Assembly (NCBI RefSeq): GCF_001447785.1
Contig: NW_015160218.1
Location: 149,262 to 213,261 of the forward strand
DNA length: 64,000 nt
Source: Gekko japonicus
Lineage: Eukaryota
Direction: 5' to 3'
Within the stretch, counting starts at the first letter, position 1, and each line of letters opens with the position of its first letter. Below are positions 10,806 through 23,395 of this stretch, piece after piece. A program made the translations under genes and the position numbers. The notes under the pieces are model-generated. The model was not told the DNA's origin. It was given only the letters and a program-made list of their open reading frames with translations, and searched no databases.

Positions 10806-11315
10806 AACACATCCTGCTGATTGGTTACTAAATCTCATCAAAAGAAGTGTAACTCTCTTGGGGAAGTAAATTTAGCTCATCAAAAGTACAACATTACCAG
10901 GTCACATATCTGTTAGAATTCATTCCTCCAGTTTTCCTCACAAGTTTTAAAGTCAGTTTGAAAAATCTCTTTTGACTGCTGTACTTCTTTGTCCCTCACC
11001 AACTCTAAAATGACAGTTTCCCTCTCCTTAACAAGTTAAGGAGTCAATAATTGACAGGACAGTGGTCCCCTTAAGAATGGGTATGAACCAAAAAATATGG
11101 TTTGGTTTGGAGTGGCCCCCAAACCAAACTGAGTCAAAAGGCCCCAGACTAGCAAGACTGGTTTTCCCTTTCTCCTGGCCACAGTAGGGGGAAGCGAAAA
11201 GGACTGGTGAAATGGTCCATTTCAGCCTGATGGACACACCTGCCCTGCTGTTAGGTTGACATGACTGCAAGCTATTTCACTGGTCAGTGAAAGGGGACAA
11301 TTGCCCAGGAAGGGT

Positions 11316-11444
11316 NNNNNNNNNNNNNNNNNNNNNNNNNNNNNNNNNNNNNNNNNNNNNNNNNNNNNNNNNNNNNNNNNNNNNNNNNNNNNNNNNNNNN
11401 NNNNNNNNNNNNNNNNNNNNNNNNNNNNNNNNNNNNNNNNNNNN
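11316..11444. other. Assembly gap
   Basis: Run of N. Confidence 0.99.
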
Positions 11445-12518
11445 AGAGAGAAATTAAGTTTTCAGTCTCTATACTGAAAACTCATGAACATTTTAAAAAG
11501 AATTTTGTTGAAGAGGTTCTGAAACTCCATTTAGAGCTACTTGATCAACATTTGGTTCGGCATTCTTATTGGATTCCTCAAATTGTCTATGTCTGCTCCA
11601 GTTGTATGTCTGCTCCAATTGGTTTATTACATTTGTGAGAGACAATTTTCCTTTTGCTTCAGTTTGAGACATTGCATTTTCGTAAGACTTTGGCAAGCTA
11701 ATCAACAGCAACACAACCAAGTCCTGGTCTGCAATCTTTCCCCCAGCACTTCTTAACTGTTGGGTTAGATTAAGCATTTCATCTTGGTCACACAAATTAC
11801 CCTGTTCTGAGATCTTAGTGCTGAACAATCTCTTTTTTATGTAGCACTGGCTTTTCAGAGTCAAATTTACATAAAGCCTCTTCAATTCAGACCATACAGT
11901 TTAGCAGTTTGCATTTGAATCACTCTTAGAACCTCTCTATCTGTCAAACCTTTTATCCTGGCTCCTCTTACCTTCTTGTTGTCTGTGTCAGACTTTTTGC
12001 TTTGTTGGATCATCATCTTCCAGTTGGGGTTTTTGAATAGCATGCCACAGTCCTGTATCAAGCAGGTGACTCTTCATTTTCTTCTTCCATATCAAGTAGT
12101 TGCCTTCTATAAGCCTAGTAGGTAACTGTGCTGAACAATGCAGGAAGTTGCCATATTTGTTCTTTTGCCTACTGATCTTTCTATCTTTTCTATTCCCACC
12201 CCCCAGCTGAAATAATCATGCTGGGCCCAGAACCCTGTTGGCAGAATGTAGCTATGTAGTAAAGTGGAGTGCAAGGTGTTTAAAGAATAAAGTCAGTTTA
12301 TTAAGAAGAGAACAGACTTTGTAAGAAAGAGGAGAAAGAAAGAAAAGTCCAGCTGTCTAACTAGCTAGTAGAGAGTCAGTAGGAGAAGAGATTTAAGCAG
12401 GAGAAGGAAAATCCCCAATTGAGCCATCAGGAGACAGGAAGGAGACTATTTGAAAATAGTAGGAAGTCCCTAATCTCACTATGCTAACTAGTTGTCCACT
12501 CTGCTGGCCCCTGCAATA
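11445..12518 (-). mobile_element. 5' portion of a Ty1/Copia LTR retrotransposon (LTR ~12236-12518, PBS, decayed gag), running into an assembly gap
   Basis: Copia-type gag motifs NYLIWKKKMKSHLLDTGLWHAI and QLRSAGGKIADQDLVVLLLISLPKSYE; GGTTCTGGGCCCAG next to the LTR resembles the copia half-tRNAiMet PBS GGTTATGGGCCCAG. Confidence 0.8.
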
Positions 12519-14899
12519 TGCTATGCATGATAGACATTGCATATTCCGTGAGATTTTACCCATGTAGGGTTTTTTACAATATTTTAATGTACCACATGAA
12601 TGACATAAAAATGATGTTAAAATGTCTTAAAAGAAGAAAACAAATCAATAATACCAGCAATAGAAAATGGGCAGAACAAGAATGGCTTATATCCCTAATG
12701 CCTATGCATATCCAGGGTACTTTCCTCCTAATTTTTCCTTATAATCAAATGTAAAAGCAAAATTTGAAACTGTTCACATTTTACAAGTCACATTTGAATT
12801 ATGAAAAATTGTCAACATTTGAATTTATGAAAAAAAATCTAATTCCAGCATTAGACAATATATAACTCAAAATTCTAAGTGGCTAATACATTATTGCCAA
12901 TAAATATGCCAAGACAAAAGAGAAGATCCTTAAAAGGGATGAATACCAATGAAAGTGTTAAGCATATTAAAATTATCTGTGAACTGAAAAGGATCTATTC
13001 AGCTCACCTCTAATATATAGAGGATTCCTACCATGCACAGCTGAATTATAGCTACTATATAGCACATAGCAATTACAGCCGACCATTCAATCTGCCAAGA
13101 TGCAGATGTGGGAAACAAGGTATGACATGATGAGGGAGATAAAATAGTCCAGGCAGGGCATTTTTAATAACATGGAACTTTATCTTTAATATGTATAATT
13201 ATCCCTACAACCTCAGCTTCAGGACTGTGCCTTTTTGGTGTTGTTGAAGAAATTGTTCCTGGGAAGAGAGACACTGAGGAAGGTGGGAAATAGAGAGGAA
13301 AAAGGAAGATGCCAGATTTATGCTGAATATAGATATAAAAATATGCCCTTGTATAAATTCAAGGGCATGGAGCTATGGAATGCAAAATCAGAGATGCCTA
13401 CGATTATCAAGTATCAAGGTGACAGCATTCATTAAGCCTTAACCATCATTTAACACCTACCACTTGTTCCAGTTAGCGTAACAACCTTCAGAGAAGGAAA
13501 ATTTCTCACCAGATTACCCAATTCTGGTTACAATATTAAAGCTTTTTCCTAGTATTCAATATTCTGCATTGCTGCATTTCCCTCAACAGCATCTGTGATA
13601 CTAGGAAACATCTAACTACTTTTTATAATGCTATAAGACATTCCATATACATTTGTAGCAATCAAGGGCAAACAAGTTGGGTTTGCTGTTTCCAACACAG
13701 GACACCATCAGGAATAAACTGTATGGACCACTGGTTCTTCCCAGCTGTGTTGCCTATGATCCTTTAATTCCAGGGACAGGACCACAGACTTCCTGCTCAT
13801 ACATAAAGCATGACTTTTGCCACAGAGTATGACCCCCTCCTCAGGATTACCTTTCTAATGATGACTTGGGATTTTCTGCAAACAAAGTGCATGGAAATCA
13901 AATGTACTTTACTAGGAATGTCGATCTGCTTTCACAACAAGCTCCCTATGCAGTCACATTGGTTATCTGTACTCAATTTAAAATTAACAGAATTTTGAGT
14001 GGTTTTAGATCACAAAGCCATGATATCTATTGGTGTACAGGCACAGTACATCAATGTTTCTGGGATGTCATAGGTCATCATGGTGAGGTCATGCATCATT
14101 TTAAATCAATTACACATTTTGGTGTATGCTCAGAATTTACTGGATTGAATTACACTTCCCAGTTGGCAGTGCAAGAATACACAAAATATTTGTGATCCAG
14201 TTTGGAATATTTAATTAACAAGAACATTCTCAGCATTTAGAGTCAGCAGCTTTGAGACAACCAAAGATAAAGCACCCGTTTAGTAAATTAATTGTTTTTC
14301 TGTCAGGTGAGTTGGGTGGATAGCTCATGGGAAAGGGGAATGGGACAGATATGAAAATGTACATTCACAAAACATTCTACAGAATGTAGAACAATTTTGA
14401 GCACCTGATAGAAAGTGAACTATTTTTTTTGAGTGATCGAGGAGGTTGTTCACAAAATCATGATCTATACAGAGGAGTGCTCACCCATAACTGATGGTTT
14501 TAGGTGTGGCTGAAATATGTATTACCTTTGCATTCATTCGTAATAACGTTTTGAGGCCTGTGTATGGGGACTGTGGCATATGGAGCAGCTGTGTCACAAG
14601 AAAAAAGCATTTAAGGACCGATACTTTTGTGGTTCAGTTTCTTTACTCCATGTATCTGTAGTCTTTACACTGAAGTGGTAGAAATCTATCGATTCATCAT
14701 AGATACAGGAAGTTAAATATACCATGTTTGTTTTAAATATGTGTAGATTTTTATATCTATTGGCTAGTCACATTACAAAAGATAATGTTTTAAGAGTTAG
14801 GTGCCAAAGTTGGGTGGTTCAGATTCAGTCAAATTGAGTGGTGCTAAAATAATTCTGTCACACATATCTTATTTAATCTGTCAGCCTATGTGTTCATTT

Positions 14900-15471
14900 T
14901 AGGGATAGGCATGAACCGGCTGACAAACTAAGATTTGTCATGAATTTTAGCCGGCACATGGTTTACGAAGCCATGTTCATGAACTGAAGGACCATCATGA
15001 ACTTCCATGAATTTTGATGCAGTTCATGGTAGTTCATTATGGTTCATGATGAGATGGTTTATGGTGGTTCATGAGCTCAGCTGTTTGGTTTAAATGGCTC
15101 GGTACCATTGAAACCCTGCTCTTTGCTCTCCATGACTTTTTGCAAGGAGCAGAAAGCAGGGTCCCTGTCATTCAGTTGTTTGGAAACCCCCACTTTCTAC
15201 TCCTCACAGCTTTTCACGGGGAGTAGAAAACAGGCCAAACAGCTGAGCAGCAGTCTCACCATTCAGCTGTTCAGAAAGCCCTGCTTTCTGCTCCCCGCGA
15301 AAAGCTGTGGGGAGCTGAAAGCAGGGGTTTAAATTTTAAATGGCTGACAAACCATTACAACTGGGTTGGTTCGCAAAACAACCTCTCAGTTTCTTATGGG
15401 TTCATCGTTCAGTTCATGGTTCAGCCATGAACCAAACTGAACCACAAAAATGCAGTTTGTGCCCATCCCTA
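14900..15471. mobile_element. hAT MITE (TAGGGATGGGCA TIR)
   Basis: TSD GTTCATTT/GTTCAGTT; subterminal GAACC/GGTTC repeats. Confidence 0.85.
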
Positions 15472-16024
15472 GTTCAGTTTCATTATTTTATAAATCTTAC
15501 TGTGCATTTTTGCCTCCTGTTGTTTCTAAGGGGAGGAAAAAACATGTGTCTTCATGAACATATCTGACATTTAAGCTTTCAGAGTTGGGGAAATCATTAT
15601 AACCTAATCTCATTACTATAACAATTGTTAATTCATGTATATTTGCATGAATTGTATATTATGCAGCTTCTCCAGTTGATAATTCCCCCCCTCCTTTTCA
15701 ACCTCTCTTCTTCTCAGATGGAAAAATGTTTTGGCTCAAAGCCCCTATGAAATAATGCCGTCTCTCTCTGAAGCTTCCACACATACACACTTCAGAATCA
15801 GGTCCATAGAACAAGTGGCAGCCATTCTGTTAGTAAGAGGGGACAGCCATGGGAAAGATTCAAAGGTTTGTGTCTCACAACAAAATTTTCTGCAGTACAA
15901 CTTCTCTTTTATTGTGAGGATAAACAATATTGTCCAAGCATTTCTGTGGCTTTGAAAAACTGAAGAAAGGTGTAGACAAGAGTCTACTAGCACTTTAAAG
16001 ACTAACAAAATTTGTGGTAGGGTT

Positions 16025-16727
16025 AGAGGTTAACACACTGTGCTGCAGACCAGAAGGTCTGTAGCTCAGCAGTTCAAGACCCTAGTGCCACGTGATGGAG
16101 TGAGCTCCTGTCTCTGGCCCCAGCTCCTGCCTAGCAGTTCAAAAGCAAGAATTTGCAAGTAGATAAATAGGTGCCACTTTGTGGGAAGGTAACAGCCTTC
16201 CGTGTGCCTTGGTGTTTAGTCATGTTGGCCACATGACTGTCTTTGGACAGTGCTGGCTCTTGAGTTTAGAAATGGACAGGGCTATTTTTGGGCAGGAATG
16301 CACAGGAACGGAGTTCCGGCTGGCTTCAGACTTGGCCACACCCACTACAGCCAAAACCCTTGCGTGTGTGGCTACAGAGGGAAGGCCTGGAGACTGACCT
16401 CTCTCCCCGGCGACTCCGAGGTGGGGGGCGGGGGGGCTGGAAGGATCAGGGAGGCATTTAAATACCTCCCCGTGCCTTCCCTGGCCTGTCCAAGGGCAAG
16501 CCAATGGAAGGCATAGGGGTGTGGTCAAATAGGCTAATAAGCTGTGCTGTCGGGGTGTGGCCTAATATGCTAATATGTTTCTGCTGTTGGGTGTGGCCTG
16601 TTATGCTAATGAGTTCCTGCTGGGCTTTTTCTACCAAAAAAGCCCTGGAAATGGAGATGAGCACACACACATACACACCAAGTCAGATTCAACTGGCTTT
16701 CAAGCAAGGGAAACCTTTACCTTTTCC
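16025..16727 (+). mobile_element. Sauria SINE split by a hAT MITE
   Basis: Homologous to 32328-32673; AAACCTTTACCTTT tail. Confidence 0.85.
16277..16647. mobile_element. hAT MITE (CAGGGCTTTTTT-type TIR)
   Basis: Perfect 8-bp TSD GAAATGGA at 16269-16276 and 16648-16655. Confidence 0.9.
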
Positions 16728-17733
16728 TAAGATCTTTCTTGAATCACTGCTCATGAACTTATAATCTACCACAAATTTTATTACTCTTTAAGGTGCTACT
16801 AGACTAGACTCTTACTCTTTTCTACTGCTACAGACAGATTAACACAGTTACCCATCTTGAAGAAAGGTGATAGAAGGTGATTTGTTCAGTTAACTTAGTA
16901 GTTGAAGAGAAAGCTGGAACTTCTATATATTCCTTCAAAATATAAACTTCCTCACCCAAAGAAAACCAGACCTCTATCAGGCTATAATATAATCATAATG
17001 TTAATGGTAAATTAAAGGCACTCTGCACATGCTGTTAATCATCTGGTTACCATATAGGCTGAAGAATGTGACTTCCTGAAAGCAAAGGCCTGAGGCTCAT
17101 GAAACTCGCAAGCCTTATTCTGCTTTGGACTGGTTGTATGTACTTAATTATCCAGTGGCATGCCTTCAGTTTCTGCATGTCCCCCCCTTGCTTTGTGTTA
17201 CTTTATAATACAGACAATGAGTTCTTGAATGAGGGTTTTGGTGACATCTACAGTGTTCATATCCTCCTATTATTGTTGCAAATGCAGCAGCAAAAGGGGA
17301 GGTTGCAGTAGGTTGACGCTGGCACAGGGATTAGTTGTACGTGTTATTGAGCTCTACAGCAGTGTTTAATTTATTTTGTATCATTGCCTAAACCCAAATA
17401 TCATCAGACAAATATAGATCTAGTTGGCTCTGTCTACCATTGACTGGCCTGCCCTCTACTCCATCAGCCTCAATGGGTACCAGCTGCTCTTGCATTGAAT
17501 TTGTGTGTGCGTGTATGAGTTTGTGTATATATATGTCTGCATATACATGTGTGTATATACATATACATACATAGATACACACAAATACATATATACAGAC
17601 ATCTTTTAAATTGGTTTTAATGTTATTAATCTTATGATACTTGATGTTTTTATATTGTTCCTAAGGCTTAATGTCATGCTGTAAATTGCCCAGAGCCAGG
17701 CACAAGTCAGAATGGAGCGATTGATAAGTCTAA

Positions 17734-17738
<5 letters not shown>

Positions 17739-17800
<62 letters not shown>
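17739..17800. repeat. (TAT)n microsatellite next to a gap
   Basis: Direct observation. Confidence 0.97.
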
Positions 17801-17903
17801 NNNNNNNNNNNNNNNNNNNNNNNNNNNNNNNNNNNNNNNNNNNNNNNNNNNNNNNNNNNNNNNNNNNNNNNNNNNNNNNNNNNNNNNNNNNNNNNNNNNN
17901 NNN
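17801..17903. other. Assembly gap
   Basis: Run of N. Confidence 0.99.
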
Positions 17904-18070
17904 GGAATCAGCTGCCTAGGGAGGTGGTGAGCTCCCCTTCACTGGCAGTCTTTCAGCAGCGGCTGGACAAGCACTTGTCAAGGATGCTCTAGGCGAATCC
18001 TGCATTGAATAGGGGGTTGGACTAGATGGGCTGTATGGCTACTTCCAACTCTGTGATTCTATGATTTCTA
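17904..18070 (+). mobile_element. CR1 3' end
   Basis: CR1 3' sequence ending CTGTGATTCTATGATTTCTA; 5' part lies in the gap. Confidence 0.8.
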
Positions 18071-19299
18071 TATTCAAACATTTGTTCCACCTTTGCATCC
18101 AAACTGCAGCTTTTTTTTTTAGAACATCCACACAATGTTGTTCTCTAATTGTCTACTTTCCAGGTTTCCCCCATCCTCAGTGCACTCTGAAACCTGTCTC
18201 ACTAAAGTCTTAAAACACACACGCACGCACACACAAAGGATGCCATCCAAGCATAATAGCGTGCCATCCTGGAAGAGATGGTGCACATTTATGAAGGCCC
18301 TTCAAGTCTCCCATACTTCCCACCACAACGCTTAGAGGGCTATTAATTAATTTATTTGGGCGTAATAACCCTGGATTTTTGAGGGCTTTTTTTTAAAGCA
18401 AGAATTGCACTAGTGCTATAATGTTATGTTACCCTTTAAAAATAAAGCCCTCAGGAAGTCCTTCAGTGGCACAGTTGGGGGGAAATGTAGGGGAAAGGAT
18501 GGCCACTGGAAGAAAGTGCACAGAAAACTCCTCCGTAGGTGCCCTATTTTCAGTGTGAATGCCTCTACATTTGCAGTGACAATGAGTTGCAGAACTGAGA
18601 ATTCTTGCCACATGGATGCAGCCTATGTTCTCATTATGTCACTCACAATATGGTCATCACCTGCTTTATACTCAGCCTCCCTCAGTTTTCCATCTCAGGT
18701 CACCTGAGGCTGCTGCTATCACCTGTCCACTCCTATCACTGATGAAAGAAAAATAAGGAAGAAAGAAATGTAGCAAGCAGCTCCAGACTGCACATTTGCT
18801 TTGGTGACCCTAGCAGAGCACACACACACCAGTTGCTAACATCATCCCAGGGCCTTATGCCAGTATGAATGTTTAAGAGGCCATTTCCTTTGCTTTTAAA
18901 AAATGTTATGTTGGCTTGTATCTTGCCACTCTACTCAGCTAAGTGTGGAGTCTTCCTTTAGCAGAAGGAGCCTTCCTCCCAAGGAAGGGTGTTTCTGCTG
19001 GAAGAAAGCTTAGACAAGAGGAGTGCTAGGACACATGCTGTTGTCACTGACGTTAGCTTTGATTTGCCTCATTTTTGTTGCTGCTGCTAAAATAATCTTT
19101 TGTTTCTTTTATGCCATTTCGACAGCATTTATGTGTAGTTTAGATGTGATTGACGCAGAAATAACATTGAAAAATGTGTACATTTTTATGAGCAATATTC
19201 AACACACGGAAATGAGAAATGGTGTGAAAATAAAGATTTACAGGTTCATTTCTAGATCTATGTTTACATCAGGATGCTTAAATTGTGTCCATTCCACAA

Positions 19300-19475
19300 T
19301 GCACCTTCCACTAGCTTTGGCTAGGGTGCAAACAGGAGCCTTTATGGATAGAGGTGATCTTGCCATAGTTATTCCTTTGGTACAATCCAGGCTTGAATAT
19401 TATGTGCTGTATGGGGTTATTTTCATTGACTATGTTGGGGTACTCAGAGCTGATCCAGAATATGACAGCTAAGTC
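19300..19475 (+). mobile_element. Old L2 fragment
   Basis: DLAIVIPLVQSRLEYY resembles the L2 SRLDY motif. Confidence 0.5.
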
Positions 19476-19974
19476 ACTAAAGATGTTGGGAGTAACTGGT
19501 ATAGTTAATCCAGTAACCTGTTTCAATTTAGCAGAGTGCTCCTTGGCTACACACAACAGAAGCTCTTTGTTCTTAGCATGCTGGCAGAGTTACAGCGTTA
19601 CACAGAGCCACTTGTCAGTTTCAAGACTAATAATAGTATTTTAATTTAGGAAGTACATTTTAGATAGTAAAGCTTAGAAATAGGATCTAATCTAACTACC
19701 TTGGATGGATCCAGATGCAGAGGGGCATCCTGCCTCCATCGTGGCAAAGAAGAGAGCAATGTGCTCCTTCTTTGTGTGTGTGTATGAGAGAGAGACACAG
19801 AGAGAGAGAGAGACAGAGAGCAGATGGAAGGCAGGAGATTTCCTTGTGTTATCAGTCTACACATCAAAGGGATTGAGACAGTAGAGTAAACCGGAAGGAA
19901 AGCCACAGCTTTGCCTGTCTCTCTAACTAACTCTATTGTAAACCTCTCTGGAGTCTGAAGCTAAGAGATAGTGT

Positions 19975-21052
19975 CATGGCCACCCGGACTCCGCCCCGAG
20001 AGCTTGGAGAGAGTGTTAGGGGCCGTGGCTGGGTGGCTGCAACAGAGTTGGCTGAAGTTAAATCCTGCAAAGACAGAGGTCCTGTACCTGAGCTGGGGAG
20101 GAGTGGATTCAGGGATTAGGCTCCCTACCCCTGATGGAGCACCATTGGTGCCAACCCAGAAGGTGAGGAGCCTAGGGGTGACCTTGGATGCCTTACTTTC
20201 TATGGAGGCCCAGGTCGCTACAGTCGCTACAGTTGCCAGGTCTGCCTTTTATCATCTTTGGCAGATCAGGCAGGTGGCTCCCTATGTCTTTCCCTGGGAC
20301 TTGGCTACAAAAACCCACACAATGGTCACTTCCAGGCTTGATTACTGTAACTTGCTCTATGCGGGGTTACCCTTGAGGCTGATCCGGAAACTCCAGCTGG
20401 TCCAAAATGCAGCAACACACCTGCTGACTGCAATGTCTGTGCGGGCACACATCCAGCCGGGGCTCCGTCAATTGTACTGGCTACCAATTGAGTACTGGAT
20501 CCGTTTCAAGGTGCTGGTGTTGTCCTTTAAAGCCTTGTGTGGCCTGGGACCGACATATCTACAGGACCGCCTCTCCCTATATGTGCCCCAGAGAGCCTTG
20601 TGCTCTGCAGATAGCCATCTGCTTGTTGTCTCTGGCCTGAAAGATGCCCGTCTAACCTCAATCAGGGCCAGGGGTTTTTTCGGTCCTGGCCCCAGCCTGG
20701 TGGAACACGCTCCCAATTGAGATCAGGGACCTGTGAGACCTGTTCCAGTTTCCCAGGGCCTGTAAAATGGAGCTGTTCTGCCAGGCTTTTGGTTGAGGCA
20801 GTGGGCATCTACCAGCTGGCCTCCTTATTGCTGCTGCATAAGATCATTTTGGCTGGGCATTAGCCCATCTATCTTCTGGCTGTAGAAACTGGAATTGAAT
20901 GTACAGCAATGCCCATTTTAAATGTTTTAAATGGGTTTTATTGTATTATCTGATTGTATTATTAAAAATTGTATTATTTATTGTTGTAAGCTGCCCTGAG
21001 CCCGTTCACAGGAAGGGCAGGATATAAATTGAAATAATAAATAAATAAACAA
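19975..21052 (+). mobile_element. L2 LINE 3' fragment
   Basis: WLKLNPAKTEVL, SRLDYCNLLYAGLP, KLQLVQNAA, LYWLPIEYWIRFKVL; (TAAA)n tail. Confidence 0.92.
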
Positions 21053-21660
21053 ACATAGGGACTGTTTTTGACTATTGTATTTAAACGTGGGTGAGCTGTC
21101 AGGCCATCTAGTAGACCAGTTAATTTCAATGGAGCTTCTTAGACGTTCATTGAGCAACTCATAAGTCTATTTCATAATTAATATCTCTAATGCCACACAA
21201 AGTATCACCTGAGAGAATGAATGTGGAACCTTGAAGCAACTCAAAGATTCCTTAATATAATGGAAATGATTAAATCATTAAAGGTGAGGAGCTAAAGCGC
21301 CGGGGGCTTTTGGCAATGAGCAAAACCTTAAATCTCACAGCACAGAAAACATTCAGGTTTTAGCAGGGATTTGGATGGCTTATATATTTGAATCTCCCAG
21401 GAAGAGCTTCAGCAAAGGCTGACTCCTAGCAGAAAAGTAGGCCAGGGCAAGAATAGTTGTATTAATTACAGATACAATCTTGAACAACCCATTCTTCAAA
21501 CCTAAAGATAGAAAAGGAAGATATCCCAGTGAATTTGGGGGAGGGGACTCACACTTGATTTATACTTGGCCAAGCTACATAGTTCCACTGCAATTCAAAG
21601 CATAGCCTTTGTAAAAGAAACACTGATTGATTATAATGATCTCAATTTTTTCTTTTATGA

Positions 21661-21839
21661 CAAATACAATCACATGAATATTGACTGGGTCAGTTCTAAT
21701 TATTATTGTCATCTAGTAGGGGTTATGTAGTGATTACAGAGATTACGACTGTCTAGATATTGTGCTTTGAGCCAAATACAATCACATGAATATTGATTGG
21801 GTAATTTCCAGTTATTATTTTCATCCAGTAAGGTTTATG
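21661..21839. repeat. Diverged ~67-bp direct repeat, 112-bp offset
   Basis: CAAATACAATCACATGAATATTGA... at 21661 and 21773. Confidence 0.85.
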
Positions 21840-22559
21840 ATGTCCTATTGACAGAATGTACAGGAAGATACAAACCTAGTTCACTGGAATTGTATTTTGC
21901 TAGGTTCAGACTGTTGGTATAACAGGTTTCTGTCTGTCTCATATCTGTTTTGATCATAAATGTTTTTCCCTGGTGCTGTCCACTATCAAACGAAATGTAC
22001 CTCACCAGGTGGGCTCATGGAAAGATATGCGTTTCCAGAACCTGTAGAACCATCACCCACGCTCACCAACTGACAATGTTAAGCTCAATAACTGAGTACT
22101 ATGTTGGTGGTTTAAAGCACCACTGGGATCCATTGTAGCATTTTTAGATCATGCTCTCAAAATTTTGGGCATGCCTTTCTAATAAGATGAAGGCTGTTGC
22201 TAGGGAAGGTGCTGAATTCAGTCCAGATCTGTGTGCCAACAACTTCTCTTCAACTTCACACAAACTTACTATATATTCTTCATAGTCAGTACCATACAAT
22301 GCACTAAACAATGGCCTCTTTACTGGCCTTTACTGGACTGACTGACAATGCTCAGAATCAATGAGATATGATCCTGCTAGAGGTCTGCATGACCATATTT
22401 CTTCAGTTGACTTTACTTGCAACTATGAAGAAGGTTTCTTACTATCAGTGAAGACATCTTGCTGTGTATCCTCAGAAAAGTCTACTAATGCTTTCTTGAT
22501 TTTAGGGGTCTAATCATGTACTTCAAGGACTACATTCCTTTATTTTATGAGTACTGAGT

Positions 22560-23395
22560 ACTGTAGTGGCCAAGTTTGCAGATAACACAAAATTATTCAG
22601 GAAGGTGAAATATCCCAACTTTAGGTATAGGCCTGAACTTGCTGAGATTGAGAGGGGACAAAACATCTTGGCATTGTAGTGGATAACTCAATGAAAGTGT
22701 CAACCCAGTGTGCTGCAGCAGTGAAAAAGGCAAACTCTATGTTAGGGGCTATTAGGAAAGGGATTGAGAATAAAACAGGCAATATTGTAATGGCTGTGTA
22801 TAGATCTATGGTGTGGCCTCATTTGTACAGTTCTGGTTATTGTATCTCAAAAAAGACATTGCAGAGCTGGGAAAAATACAGAAGAGGGCAACCATGATGA
22901 TTAGGGGGTTGGAACTTCTTCCCTATGAGGAAAGGCTGAGGGGTCTGGGGACTTTTCAGTTTAGAAAAGAGACGACTAATGGGGGACACAATAAAGGTTT
23001 ATAAAATTTTTCATGGGGTGGTTGGAGAGAGTGGAAAGAGAACTTTTTCTCCCTCTCCCAAAATACTAGAACTCAAGGGCATTCAATGAAACTGATGGGC
23101 AGTAGGTTCAGGGTGGACAAAAGGAAACACTACTTTACACAGAGTGATTAAAATCTTGCTGCCGGAGGATGTAGTGATGGCCATGGGAATAAACTGCTTT
23201 CAAAGTGGTTTGGAGAGATTCATGGAGGATTACTCTATCAATGGCTACTAGCCATGGTGGCTGAGGGGAATCCCAGATCCAGGAGGCAACATCAGGGGAA
23301 GGCCCTGTTGTTGACCATCCAGAGAAACTAGTTGGCCACTGTGTGAGATAGGATGCTGGACTAGATGGACTCTCGGTCTTCTTATGTTCTTATGA
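22560..23395 (+). mobile_element. CR1 3' fragment
   Basis: CAAAVKKANSMLGAIRKGI, IQKRATMMIRGLE; TTCTTATG tail. Confidence 0.9.

Larger units (their letters stand above)
15975..16860. mobile_element. Penelope-like palindromic remnant hosting the Sauria SINE
   Basis: Arms GAGTCTACTAGCACTTTAAAGACTAACAAAATTTGTGGTAG and CTACCACAAATTTTATTACTCTTTAAGGTGCTACTAGACT are imperfect inverted repeats; family assignment from recall. Confidence 0.6.

Noticed and set aside
17070-17110. Hammerhead-ribozyme-like CTGA...GAAAC
   Set aside because: The core lacks CUGANGA and I could not build the required stems
19971-20720. 249-aa ORF as a host gene
   Set aside because: It is L2 ORF2 C-terminal sequence within a 5'-truncated LINE copy
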